The notes beneath the pieces were generated by a model that was given only the letters and a program-made list of their open reading frames with translations, ran no database searches and was not told the origin of the DNA. A stretch of 64,000 bases of DNA from Eledone cirrhosa (taxonomy: Eukaryota): assembly GCA_964016885.1 (NCBI GenBank), contig OZ024742.1, positions 191,146,001-191,210,000 on the forward strand, written 5' to 3'. Positions 43,965 through 56,496 of the stretch are shown one piece after another (within the stretch, counting starts at the first letter, position 1; each line of letters begins with the position of its first letter). Made by a program: the position numbers and the translations under genes.

Positions 43965-44822
43965 GTTCGTTTCTGAATTTGTTTAGCAAGATTCTTTATC
44001 TGAAATCGTGTGTTGAAACCGATATTGTTATACTTTGGGAGGGTCATGTTGCTAATAAGAAACACACGCACCAGGTGTCACTTCAATTTATTATAATAAA
44101 TTTATAAATTTAGGAATTTATAAATTTCTGGTTGCTTGGTTTGTTCCACAACCAGATAGTTGTTTATATATTGTCAAAGTTCTTTTGTCACACATTCTGT
44201 GACCTCTTCAGTGACTGGGGATTCTTTTCTTTGTTTTTGTGCCTCTCCTTTGTTCTGTCCTACGCCATTTTGTTGATGGTGTTGGTGTAAACTCGGGACG
44301 AGGCACATTCTTTTATGAAGTGTAGTTGTCGAGATGTTATGGTCTTTCGTAGACAACAGAACATGGTGGTTTTCAGTATCTTGTTAGCCTGGCTAAGGCT
44401 TAAGATATTTCGTTTCTGAATTTGTTTAGCAAGATTCTTTATCTGAAATCGTGTGTTGAAACCGTTATTGTTATACTTTGGGAGGGTCATGTTGCCAATA
44501 AGAAACACACGCACCAGTTGCTTTCACTTCAATTTATTATATCACTGAAGTGGTCACAGAATGTGTGACGAACGAACTTTGACAATATATAAACAATTAT
44601 CTGGTTGTGGAACCAACCAACCAACCAGAAATTTATACACTTATAAATTTATTATAAATTTATTATATAAAATTGAAGTGAAAGCTACTGGTGCGTGTGT
44701 TTCTTATTGGCAACATAACCCTCCCAAAGTATAACAATATCGGTTTCAACACACGATTTCAGATAAAGAATCTTGCTAAATAAATTCAGAAACGAAATAT
44801 CGTAAGCCTTAGCCAAGTATAA

Positions 44823-44825
<3 letters not shown>
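43961..44825. mobile_element. Family D composite: minus-strand tandem (period about 443) plus inverted arm 44541-44820; HHR cores decayed
   Basis: Repeats of TTCGTTTCTGAATTTGTTTAGC at 43966 and 44409; homologous to 12951-13553. Confidence 0.85.
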
Positions 44826-44869
<44 letters not shown>

Positions 44870-46010
44870 AAACAGTAAGACCCCGACAGCTGAGCTCAAG
44901 CCGTTTCGACGGCTAATTCTGGACTAAATGAAAATTTATCCTGGTATTTAAATAGCCGATCTTCTCAAGGGGTAATTCCATATATGGTCAAAGTGATTGT
45001 CAAAAATCAGTAGTAATTCTGTGGTTGCAAATTAGTAGGGGAGATGGTGGCTAAACCTGCCAGTAGGAGAAAGAGGGGAGGGGGTGGAGTAGACCCAATC
45101 AAGCGTTGGTAGTGCCAGCTACAGCTGGGCATGAGGTCAAAGAAGATACAGGGGAGGGGGAGGGGGAGGAAGTCGGAACGGTAGGTAGAACAATGGGGGG
45201 TAGAAATAGGAAAGAAAAAATACTGAGAGTGAAGAAAAGCAAATAAGTGTAAAGAAAAAAGTAAAGTAAATTAAATTCTACGACCTAGGTGTCAGGCTAT
45301 TGTTAGGCGAGAATAAAATAAAGAAAGAAAGAAGTAAATAAATAAATAAATAAATAAATAAGGAAATAAGTAAAAGAACTAGGTGGGACGAAATAGGCAA
45401 GGACCCTTTTAAGAGGTATAAGTACGTAAATGATACGGTGACGGGTCAACAAAAGGGGCCAAAATACTAAAGAGACTACCACGAAATAAACAATAAAGGT
45501 TTCCATCCCGGGCCAGCAACGACCCAGTGCAGCAAAGTGAACTTGTACGAGATAATAATTCTGAGTCCCGAGAAAAATATATACTAATGCTAACTCTAAA
45601 AGATCTAAAACAAGCTACATGAAAGTTCGTACGAAATAAAGGTAGAATACGGAAAAATAAATTCAGAATCCACCCCGCCCAGAAGAAAAGCGAAGCATGA
45701 AATACTGAAACTAAAAAATAAGGCATAAGTGCCACTAAGAAATATAGAGGGCACAGAGAATAGTGGGAGCGGTCGGAAAAAGGGGGCAAGTATCCGGGGT
45801 CTAAGCCAACTGCTATAAAGGGCGGAGTCCGCCAAATCTATCATAGACTAGGGGAGGGGGTGGTGGGGGTACTAAGGCTACATGGGGCCAAAGGGCAGCC
45901 TCGGGTGGGCGAGAAAAGACGCCGACAAAGGAGAAGAGCTGGGGTAGAAGGACAAAGGAGAGAGGGGGGAAGGAAATAAAGGAAGCGATAAAAGAATACA
46001 AAGAAGAGAA

Positions 46011-47435
46011 ACTAAATTCATACAGTTCGACATAGAGAGCTACTATGCTTCAATCACCTTACCGCTACTTACTGCCGCCTTGGACTTCGCCGAAACACTC
46101 GTGCCCATCACCGACCAGGAAAGAAAAATCATCCTCCACGCCAGGAAGACAGTCTTACTCTTTGACGACTCTAAATGGATAAAAAGAGCTCCCGACTCAC
46201 CCTTCGACGTCAGCATGGGCGCCACGGATTCGGCGGAGGTCACTGATCTTATAGGATTATTCCTAATAGCCAAACTCACTGATATGTTTCCTGCATTCGG
46301 TGGTGGATTGTACCGTGATGATGGGCTCCTTACCCTTAAAGGGTACAACCCCAGTAGTACAGATCGGGTCCGGAAACAATTAATCAGATTCTTCCGCGAC
46401 TGGGGATTTAAAATAACCCTACAAATGTCCCTGACCCGAGCAAACTTCCTGGACGTAACCCTCGACCTCGAAAACGACCTGTACTACCCATACAGGAAAC
46501 CTAATGACAATCTGCACTACATCCACCGCCGATCAAACCATCCTAGGAACATCACAAACAACCTGGTCAAAAACATCTCCCTCCGCATATCCCGTTTGTC
46601 AGCTAATGAGCGGATATTCGATGAACATGCGCCTTATTACAACCAGGCCCTCAAGCGGAGTGGTTTCCGGGAGGAAATATCCTACTGTCCAGCTCCCATT
46701 AGCGGAACCAGCAGGAGACACCGCCGCTCACGCAATGTAACATGGTTCAATCCTCCCCACAACACAGAGGTGACTACTCCCATCGGGAAACTATTCTTTA
46801 GGCTCATTGAAAAACACTTCCCATTACAACACCGCTACCACAACATAATTAACAAAAATACCATCAAACTCTCTTACTGCACTACACCAAACTTCGCACA
46901 AAACATCGTCTCCTCTAACAACAAAAAACTCAACCCCGATGGCAGAAATAACCTAAATAGCAGTGGAGAACTGACCAGGAGGTGTAACTGCCCGGATAGA
47001 TCTATTTGCCCACTCGACAATAGATGCAGAGACCGTAATGTGATCTACCGGTGCAACGTGAGGACGGATACCTCCAACAAAGCCTATATAGGACTTACCG
47101 CATGTGACTTCAAGACCCGGCTATACCAACATAGAAATACCTTCCGAAACCCGGCCCGGCGTCACGCCACTACACTTTCGGGCCACATATGGGACCTCAA
47201 GGACAACAACATCACCTATGATCTCACTTGGAGATTACTGTCCAGAGCCAATTCTTACACGGGAGGACGCCGTCCGTGCAATTTATGCTCGGAGGAAACT
47301 TTACAAATGCTGTTTTCGACGGACCAACTCCTAAACAAGAAAGATGCACTGGTTACTGCATGTAAACATAGATTGCATAGGACTTACCTCGCCCTCAAAC
47401 CCCATAATGACCCGGGGGGTAGACTAGGGCTATAA
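46011..47435 (+). CDS. PLE reverse transcriptase plus GIY-YIG endonuclease (N-terminally truncated, frame open)
   Basis: In-frame FIQFDIESYY (46017), MGATDSAEVTDLIG, YRDDGL, NFLDVTLDL, SNHP, CNC..CPL..C, VIYRC..AYIGLT..FKTRLYQH, CNLC..E..CKH. Confidence 0.92.
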   Translation, partial: TKFIQFDIESYYASITLPLLTAALDFAETLVPITDQERKIILHARKTVLLFDDSKWIKRAPDSPFDVSMGATDSAEVTDLIGLFLIAKLTDMFPAFGGGLYRDDGLLTLKGYNPSSTDRVRKQLIRFFRDWGFKITLQMSLTRANFLDVTLDLENDLYYPYRKPNDNLHYIHRRSNHPRNITNNLVKNISLRISRLSANERIFDEHAPYYNQALKRSGFREEISYCPAPISGTSRRHRRSRNVTWFNPPHNTEVTTPIGKLFFRLIEKHFPLQHRYHNIINKNTIKLSYCTTPNFAQNIVSSNNKKLNPDGRNNLNSSGELTRRCNCPDRSICPLDNRCRDRNVIYRCNVRTDTSNKAYIGLTACDFKTRLYQHRNTFRNPARRHATTLSGHIWDLKDNNITYDLTWRLLSRANSYTGGRRPCNLCSEETLQMLFSTDQLLNKKDALVTACKHRLHRTYLALKPHNDPGGRLGL

Positions 47436-48525
47436 CACCCCACTTGCCGATTTTGCAATGGGTAACCCCTGCTTGCCAAGGAAGACGTAAGATCTTCTTT
47501 GTATTCTTTTATCGCTTCCTTTATTTTTTTCCCCCCTCTCTCCTTTGTCCTTCTACCCCAGCTCTTCTCCTTTGTCGGCGTCTTTTCTCGCCCACCCGAG
47601 GCTGCCCTTTGGCCCCATGTAGCCTTAGTACCCCCACCACCCCCTCCCCTAGTCTATGATAGATTTGGCGGACTCCGCCCTTTATAGCAGTTGGCTTAGA
47701 CCCCGGATACTTGCCCCCTTTTTCCGACCGCTCCCACTATTCTCTGTGCCCTCTATATTTCTTAGTGGCACTTATGCCTTATTTTTTCGTTTCAGTATTT
47801 CTTGCTTCGCTTTTCTTCTGGGCGGGGTGGATTCTGAATTTATTTTTCCGTATTCTACCTTTATTTCGTACGAACTTTCATGTAGCTTGTTTTAGATCTT
47901 TTAGAGTTAGCATTAGTATATATTTTTCTCGGGACTCAGAATTATTATCTCGTACAAGTTCACTTTGCTGCACTGGGTCGTTGCTGGCCCGGGATGGAAA
48001 CCTTTATTGTTTATTTCGTGGTAGTCTCTTTAGTATTTTGGCCCCTTTTGTTGACCCGTCACCGTATCATTTACGTACTTATACCTCTTAAAAGGGTCCT
48101 TGCCTATTTCGTCCCACCTAGTTCTTTTACTTATTTCCTTATTTATTTATTTATTTATTTATTTACTTCTTTCTTTCTTTATTTTATTCTCGCCTAACAA
48201 TAGCCTGACACCTAGGTCGTAGAATTTAATTTACTTTACTTTTTTCTTTACACTTATTTGCTTTTCTTCACTCTCAGTATTTTTTCTTTCCTATTTCTAC
48301 CCCCATTGTTCTACCTACCGTTCCGACTTCCTCCCCCTCCCCCTCCCATGTATCTTCTTTGACCTCATGCCCAGCTGTAGCTGGCACTACCAACGCTTGA
48401 TTGGGTCTACTCCACCCCCTCCCCTCTTTCTCCTACTGGCAGGTTTAGCCACCATCTCCCCTACTAATTTGCAACCACAGAATTACTACTGATTTTTGAC
48501 AATCACTTTGACCATATATGGAATT

Positions 48526-48619
48526 ACCCCTTGAGAAGATCGGCTATTTAAATACCAGGATAAATTTTCATTTAGTCCAGAATTAGCCGTCGAAACGGCT
48601 TGAGCTCAGCTGTCGGGGT
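48526..48619 (+). ncRNA. Extended type I HHR with U3-A8 core; copies at about 44879-44972 (-), 49626-49719 (-) and 50247-50340 (+)
   Basis: acccc TTGAGAA GA-t-CGGCTA...TAGCCGTC GAAA CGGC ttgagctca GCT GTC ggggt. Confidence 0.8.
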
Positions 48620-48710
48620 CTTACTGGTTCCTATTACCCACTCTACTACCTCAAGTATTGAGTACTTTGGTGCGTTATGGTCCACCTGGTTCCTTACCAC
48701 ATTTCCTTCG

Positions 48711-48767
<57 letters not shown>

Positions 48768-48843
48768 TTTACATACATATATATAAATATATACATACAT
48801 ATGTATATATATATATATATATATACATATGTATGTATATCTT

Positions 48844-48909
<66 letters not shown>

Positions 48910-49538
48910 TGTGTGTGTGTGTATGTGTGCGTGTCCTTCCATAGTGATTTAAGTCGAAAACATTAGCAATTTTAAATGCTATAGGTGCGTTTCGCTTCAT
49001 TCTGCCTTATTGATTTTATGATGGAACCTTCTGGTATTTAAGTGTATTCCAGGAAAGACAGTCACGTTCCGTAGAATTCTACCTGAGCTTTTCTGACTAA
49101 GCATTGAATTTATGCCATTTCTGCACTTTTTGATGTTAGTTTTTTTTCGCGAGTATATTTCTACTTACTTTCATCTGTCCATTATAGCAACATTGTTCCA
49201 TGACCATTCAAACTTGCATTGATACATATTGCAAGGAATAAAATATGGAATAATTCAAGAGAATTAAGTTTTCTTTTTTTTTTTCAAAATAAGCATATGG
49301 ATATTATCGACAGAACCTGCGGAACGTGGAATAAAAAAAACAAAAGTAAATGATTGAACTGATGCATTCTCTGTTAGATTCGACGATGATTATTCAAATG
49401 TTTGATCGATCAACTGGACGTCCGATGCATTAATTAATGTCTGGTTGTTGTTTTTGATCCCCATCAGGTTCCGACGACTAGTGTTCCAATTGAAAAGACT
49501 ATAGTCTTCCCGTTCATCGGATCGCCTAGATCTCGTAA

Positions 49539-49611
<73 letters not shown>

Positions 49612-49615
<4 letters not shown>

Positions 49616-50432
49616 AACCAGTAAGACCCCGACAGCTGAGCTCAAGCCGTTTCGACGGCTAATTCTGGACTAAATGAAAATTTATCCTGGTATTTAAATA
49701 GCCGATCTTCTCAAGGGGTAATTCCATATATGGTCAAAGTGATTGTCAAAAATCCCTCACCGTATCATTTACGTACTTATACCTCTTAAAAGGGTCTTTG
49801 CCTATTTCGTCCCACCTAGTTCTTTTACTTATTTCGTTATTTCTTTATTTATTTATTTATTTACTTCTTTCTTTCTTTCTTTATTTTATTCTAGCCTAAC
49901 AATAGCCTGACACCTAGGTCGTAGAATTTAATTTACTTTACTTTTTTCTTTACACTTATTTGCTTTTCTTCACTCTCAGTATTTTTTCCTTCCTATATTT
50001 CTACCCCCCATTGTTCTACCTACCGTTCCGACTCCCCCCCCCCCCCTCCCCGTCCCCCTCCCCCTCCCCTGTATCTTCTTTGACCTCATGCCCAGCTGTA
50101 GCTGGCACTACCAACGCTTGATTGGGTCTACTCCACCCCCTCCCCTCTTTCTCCTACTGGCAGGTTTAGCCACCATCTCCCCTACTAATTTGCAACCACA
50201 GAATCACTACTGATTTTTGACAATCACTTTGACCATATATAGAATTACCCCTTGAGAAGATCGGCTATTTAAATACCAGGATAAATTTTCATTTAGTCCA
50301 GAATTAGCCGTCGAAACGGCTTGAGCTCAGCTGTCGGGGTCTTACTGGTTCCTATTACCCACTCTACTACCTCAAGTATTGAGTACTTTGGTGCGTTATG
50401 GTCCACCTGGTTCCTTACCACATTTCCTTCGT
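49612..50432. mobile_element. Second, shorter fold-back insertion of the 44866-48712 family (inverted arm 49612-49754)
   Basis: 49757-50432 matches 48059-48712. Confidence 0.9.
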
Positions 50433-50473
<41 letters not shown>

Positions 50474-51513
50474 GTTATATATGTATATATATATATGTTA
50501 GTGTGCGCGTGTGCATGCGTGTGTGTGTGTGTGCACACACGCACACTGACATACAGACATACACACACACACACGCACTTCTCCGTATAAGACAAGTGCT
50601 GAAAAATATGTTTCAACATGTTAAAATAACCCCCCCCCCCCACACACACACACCTACAAACACATTCCTACAGACCAATTCATTTCCATTATCACAACAA
50701 TGAACCACTTTGCTACACACACACATACATGTATTTGCTTTATTACACTCCTGAACTGTTGACCTCTCAACATGACTGCAACCCAATCAAGGGGAAAAGG
50801 ACACTCTTCGACAAACCTACATTTGGCGCGAAACCAGTTCGCGCTAAAATAGATTTAAACATTCACGTGACTTCTACCAATCAATCAAAATTGTTTTGAC
50901 TACAATAATTTTTGCAACACGAATTAGCGCGAATTTATAGTGCATATTCATGTGACATTCAACAACCAACTAAATTTTAATACATTCCAAGCCACTTCCA
51001 AGTCACATAAAACAGGAAGAATTTCCAACACTGATCAGATTAGAGCAAAAATCACGAGTACTCTATCTCAAAATTATGTTTGAAAAGCATAGGAACTTAA
51101 AACTAAAACTGAATACTAACTAATACTTATTAATAATTTATACTTATTCCTAATTAAACTATTTTTCACTGGGAAACTTTTTCAGCATTGCCATATATAT
51201 ATATATATACACAGTTCAAGAGTAACCAATCTTAAAGAGAGAGATGGAGATAGGAGAGGAGATAGGAGAGGAGATAGGAGAGGAGAGATTGGTGAATTAG
51301 TTAGAAGCCAAAACGTAAAGGCATGTGCTCAATGTGCAATATGCAGTGGAAAGCAGTTAGGTGGCTGGGTTCATGCAGAGGTTAGGTGCACAGAGCTGGA
51401 AATATTCATTAGTTAAGCAAAACAAGACCACACATTTCACAAGGAAGACATTATTAAAAGATTGTCAACATATTTTAGTTTGATGTAAGGAATGTAGAGA
51501 ATAATAATATTAA

Positions 51514-51697
51514 TAATTGTTTCTACTTTTGGCACAAGGCCAGCAATTTCCCAGTGTATTACTGGTACTTTATTTTATCGACCCCGTAAGGATGAAAGGC
51601 AAAGTTAACCTCGGCGGGATTTGAACTCAGAATGGCAAGGGCCGTAACTCTATGCGTCAAAGCATGGCGTCCGACCCTCCACCGATACTGCCAATTC
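51514..51697 (-). mobile_element. tRNA-derived SINE copy
   Basis: Family motifs; (TAA)n flanks. Confidence 0.85.
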
Positions 51698-51959
51698 ACA
51701 TTAATAATAATAATAATAATGTCCGTTTACAATTGTTTCGCTACTCCATATAATATTTCTGGATCATATATGATTATATATCATTATTGATCTGGTTCAG
51801 TTGAAAATAATTAACATGGGTAAAGATAGAGCAGCTCATCGGAACTTCAAAAGGAATATAAGGAGGTAACTTATAATTATCTAAGTTAGTTATAGCAATT
51901 TAACTTATTAGCTACAAGTAAAAATGGAGCTAGATGACTATGTTGGGTCAACTATTCTG

Positions 51960-53990
51960 GTGGCGAAGGAATTAGCCCTTCGATGTTGACAGCTAATAGT
52001 TACCTCCGTTCTATCGTTAATCGGTAGAGGTTATGTAATATGCTTCGGTAAGACAGAGGTCACAATATTTTCTTAGTCCATTGAACAGTGGGGCCCTAGC
52101 CAAGATATCCCATGCTAGTGAGTGTTCAATGTTGGTTAATTTAAGGTTTTTAATGAGCCTAGCTAGAGATGTCGAACATCTGTTGTTAGGGTCTCGGAAG
52201 GAAAAAGAGTGCGCGTTATAGCGTACCTTAAAAGGGTTAGAGGTAAACCCGATATAGGAGCTGGTAGGCGAAGCAGTTTTAACCGTGCACCTATAGACTA
52301 TGTTGGGTGTCAGGCATGTCAATTTAGTTGGCAGGCATTAGGGTAACGGCAGTTGCATTTACTTCTGCGGTTAGTGAGAGTAGCGTTGTTTAACCTAAGC
52401 GGTTGGTCAGTGCTAGAAGGATTAGATAGGGGAGGTGTGCTACTAGAGTAAGTATTGGTGTAGTAGCGTGGTGTGTTTGATGGGGGTGGTGGTACCGCGG
52501 TGTGGGAGTTATATTGTCTTAGTTTATGATGGTTACTGAATGCGATGTGGCTAGCTAGGTTAGGTGTTGTGGAGAATGAGATTTTAATGTTATTTTTATT
52601 TAAGAGTTTGTAATATCTATGGTTGGTGGGGGGATGTTTAGATAGGATAGAGAAGAAGCATTTAGGGATATTAGTGGCTAGATTAGAGAATGGGCGGTTA
52701 AGCCAGGTGATATTTCTAGGCCTATTTCTTTTAGGGGTTCTTGTGGAGTTGGTAGGGGCCTTCATAGGGTTATTATTACCTGGGAATTTGTTATTTGTCA
52801 TCCCATTGCTCATTCCAATTCTAGGGTTGATCTTTAGTCTGCTACTTGGAGTGGGAAGCAGGCCACTGCCACCATTAAAGTTCCCTGTATAAGTGCTGTT
52901 ACTGCTAAAATTCCGGCGAATCTGGCTGTATGCTAAGGTATTTCTAGTTCTAGTGTTAAGTTTATTATGGTTGTGGTGAATTGTAGTGTTATGGCATTTA
53001 GGTATGTAGAAAATGGACTCTTCATAACCAGATTCAGAAAGAGCCTTATTATAATATGCTGCATGGTTTATAAATATCTCCTCATTTGCTGATAGCATTG
53101 AGATCCTATACGAGATAGATTTGATTACTGCTCTGACGACTTCCGGTGGGTGGTTAGAGTGTGGGCCAATATATGTAAATATTTCACCTGGTTTATGATA
53201 AGGGTAATATAGGTTATTGTTAAGATCCAGGGTAACGTCTAGGAAGTTTACTACTGTATGGTTCGGCTCGATGGTGATAGAGAGACCGTTATTTTTAAAG
53301 AATCTATGTAATTGTTTTTTGAGCAAATCAATGCCTCGATTAGTACAATTGTAGATTGCAAATAGGGCGTCGTCTCTGTATATTCCGCCTTGCAAGGGTT
53401 GGATTTCGGCTCTGATATTATGTAACAGGTAAATTCCAACTAGATCGGTGATTTGGGCAGCGTCACTGGAGCCCATCGTGATGTCAAAGTTGTATGTTCT
53501 GTCTTTTCTAGTCCAGGGTGCTCCGTTGAATTCAATGGTGGTCTGCCTAGTCATAAGTATGATGTCAATCTCATTATTGGTTATGTGAGAGTTGGTGCTG
53601 GGTAGGGCTAATGCTTTGTTGAGCAGTACCGGCATTATTGAAGCGTAATAGCTGTCAATGTCAAATTGGATGAACCTCATAGATTCCTTGGACCTTAGAT
53701 CGGAGAACCATCTAACGAATTGGCCAGTGTTGGACCACAACTTGTAGGTGATATCATCTCGTAGCCCAGGGATGATCCTATCAAGGATGTACTTACTGAT
53801 ACGACCCAAGTCGGATGTGGTTGGGCTTATAAGTCTAATAGATGGGTTCTCTATAAAATTTGGCTTATGATCCTTGAGAGAAAACCTTGGGGTTGTTGGT
53901 ACATAAGGGTGGGTAAATCTATCCAGATGCAAGTCCTTAACTAAAGACTGGGCTTTCGGTTAAGTAAGTTTACACTGGAGGGTATAGTTT
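51960..53990 (-). pseudogene. PLE RT (52319-53932) plus frameshifted GIY-YIG (52017-52322)
   Basis: LKDHKPNF..RLISP, FIQFDIDSYY, MGSSDAAQITDLVG, YRDDAL, NFLDVTLDL, SNHP, CNC; IVYRC..SYIGFT..FKVRY..H, CDLCLTE. Confidence 0.9.
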
Positions 53991-54005
53991 TTTTATAGTT
54001 ATATA

Positions 54006-54078
<73 letters not shown>

Positions 54079-54124
54079 AAATATATATAAGTATATATAG
54101 AAATATATATAGAAATATATATAT

Positions 54125-54350
54125 AGAAGTGGTTACACAACAGTTAGTTCAGCATAGCGAGAACAATTGTTTCACCTTAGCGGAACCTCAGCTCATATAA
54201 CAATGTCCATTACGAGCTGAGGATCCGCTAAGGTGAAACAACTGTTCTCGGCATGGTGAACTAAATATTGTGTAACCATTTCTACCTAACTCGTCCCATG
54301 GTCTAAGTGCTCTACCACTACGTATATTACCTTCCAGTGTTCTACCACTA
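54125..54350. mobile_element. Fold-back element P (family J) with HHR at 54213-54250 (+)
   Basis: cgag CTGAGGA tcc gctaa ggt GAAA CAACT GTT ctcg; inverted arm 54125-54194. Confidence 0.8.
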
Positions 54351-54370
54351 TATATATATATATATATATA

Positions 54371-54551
54371 TAACGAAGGAAGTGTAGTAAGGAACCAGGT
54401 GGACCATAATGCACCAGAGTACTCAATACTTAGAGTAGTAGAATGGGTAATAGGAACAGGTTGAATACCCCGACGGTAGAGCTCAAGCCGTTTCGAAGGC
54501 TATATAGCTGTCGAAACGGTTGAGCTCTTTCGTCGGGGTCTTGAACATTTT

Positions 54552-54556
<5 letters not shown>
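54371..54556. mobile_element. Mini fold-back of the 44866-48712 family (centre about 54503, tail on the left)
   Basis: GCCGTTTCGAAGGC tatata GCTGTCGAAACGGT; the tail matches the reverse complement of 48634-48712. Confidence 0.8.
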
Positions 54557-54624
<68 letters not shown>

Positions 54625-54714
54625 ATGTGTGTAAATGAAGTAATTCCGTCGGAAAAGTCCAGGAAAAAAGAGTGCTCTATGTAAGTAACAGAACTAATGC
54701 CTTAGAGGTTGCAA

Positions 54715-55985
54715 GATGCCTTCATTAATATTTCTAAATTAGAAGAAGACATTATCTTTCATGCTAGAAAAACTTTACTCTTTACTAATGAAAATTTTTG
54801 GGTTAAAAAGTCAAACCCTGAAAACTCTTTTGATGTTGCAATGGGTTCATATGACAGTGTGGATGTGTGTGACTGAGTAGGATTATTCCTTCTCCACACC
54901 CTCAAAGAGAAATTTCCTTCCCATAATATCGGTTTATACCGTGATGACGGATTGGTAGTTTCTAATACCACCAACGGCCATAACCTTGATAAATTCCGTA
55001 AAGATTTAATCAATACTTTTGCTAATCTTAACCTTAAAATCACTATAGATACGAACCTTACCAATGCTAACTTTCTTGATATTAATCTTGATCTACTTAC
55101 CGCCTCTTTTAAACCTTATCATAAACCTAATGAAAATCTTAGGTATATACACAAAGAGTCTTGCCATCCCCCTATAGTTTTTAATAATCTTTTTACCAAC
55201 ATTAGCCGTAGGATTTCTACCTTATCTGCGTCTATAGACATTTTTAATAAAGCCCTCCCTTATTATAATAAAGGTCTTAAAAACAGCGGTTTTACAGAAC
55301 AAATTTATTATTTACCTACTCCCCCCCCCCTAAAACTAACCACAATAATAGGAAAAGGAAAATTATTTGGTTTACACCCCCCTTCTCTCTAACTGTCAAA
55401 ACTAATGTAGGAAGGAAATTCCTTGAACTCTTAGATAAACATTTTCCCCCTAATCATAGATATTATAAGATATTTAATAGAAAAGTAGTTAAGATCAGTT
55501 ACTCTTGTTGCCCATCTATGAAGTTCAAATCATACGAGAACAAATCCAGGATGCAGTTGCAGGAAGCCGGATGAATGCCAATTGCAGGGCAAAAGTAACA
55601 CCAAATCTCTTGTTTATGAGGCTAAAGTAACACCTTTAATCAACAACCAGCCAGCCAGCCAGGAGTGAGCGATATGTGGGCATGACCCAGGACAGGTTTA
55701 AAACCAAGTTTTATGCACATGTCGCTTCTTTTAAGCACTCCGATAAACGAACAACAACGGCCCTCGCAAGTGAGGTGTGGGAATTCAAGGATAAAAAACA
55801 TCCCGTACACTATCGATTGGTCTATTTTAGACCATTCGAAAGAGTACCAAAGAGGCATAAATAATTGTTCTTTGTGTACCACGGAAAAATATAGGATTTT
55901 ACAAAACTTGAAAGCCACTTCTGCTTGCCTGAACTCAAATACCGAGATCTTCAGATGTTGTCCTCATCTGAAATCACATGTCATT
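54715..55985 (+). pseudogene. Decayed PLE RT-GIY-YIG with stops and frameshifts
   Basis: RKTLLF..WVKK..FDVAMGSYDSVDVCD*VGLF, YRDDGL, NFLDINLDL, SCHP, YVGMT..FKTKFYAH, CSLCTTEKY..CPH. Confidence 0.88.
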
Positions 55986-56093
55986 TATTTCCCACCTCTT
56001 TTTCCCCCCTATTTTTTTGCTTTACCCTTCACATACCAAACATTTTTTTTATTTTTAGATATAAATTTGTTTTTTGTGTTGCGTATATGTATG

Positions 56094-56124
<31 letters not shown>

Positions 56125-56496
56125 ATATATATGTGTATATATATGTATGTATATATATGTGTGTATGTAATTGTGTGTGTATATGGATATGTGTATGTAT
56201 ATATGTGTGTATGTATCTTTATATCTATCTGTATGTAATTGTATATGTATATTTAATCGTATATATTATATATTTCTGTTGTATTTGTGCGCATGTGTGT
56301 ATACATTTATATGTATGTATGTATGTATTTATGTGTGTATATATATATATATATTATATATATATACATATGTATGTATATATGAGTATGTATGTATGTG
56401 TGTATATATACATTTAATGTGTGTGTATGGGCGTGTGTATATTTGTGCGTGTATGTGTATTTTTTATATAATGGTTTTGTGTGTTTTTATATAATA

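Larger units (their letters stand above)
44866..48712 (+). mobile_element. 5'-truncated Penelope-like element with a 1.1-kb inverted upstream copy of its 3' region and an 80-nt 3' tail, inserted in (TA)n
   Basis: 44866-46005 is the reverse complement of about 47495-48634; RT-GIY-YIG ORF lies between them. Confidence 0.92.

Noticed and set aside
45303-46001. Duplicated hydrophobic ORFs (also at 47444-48197 and 61016/62276)
   Set aside because: Chance frames in T-rich PLE 3' regions, duplicated only because of the inverted repeats
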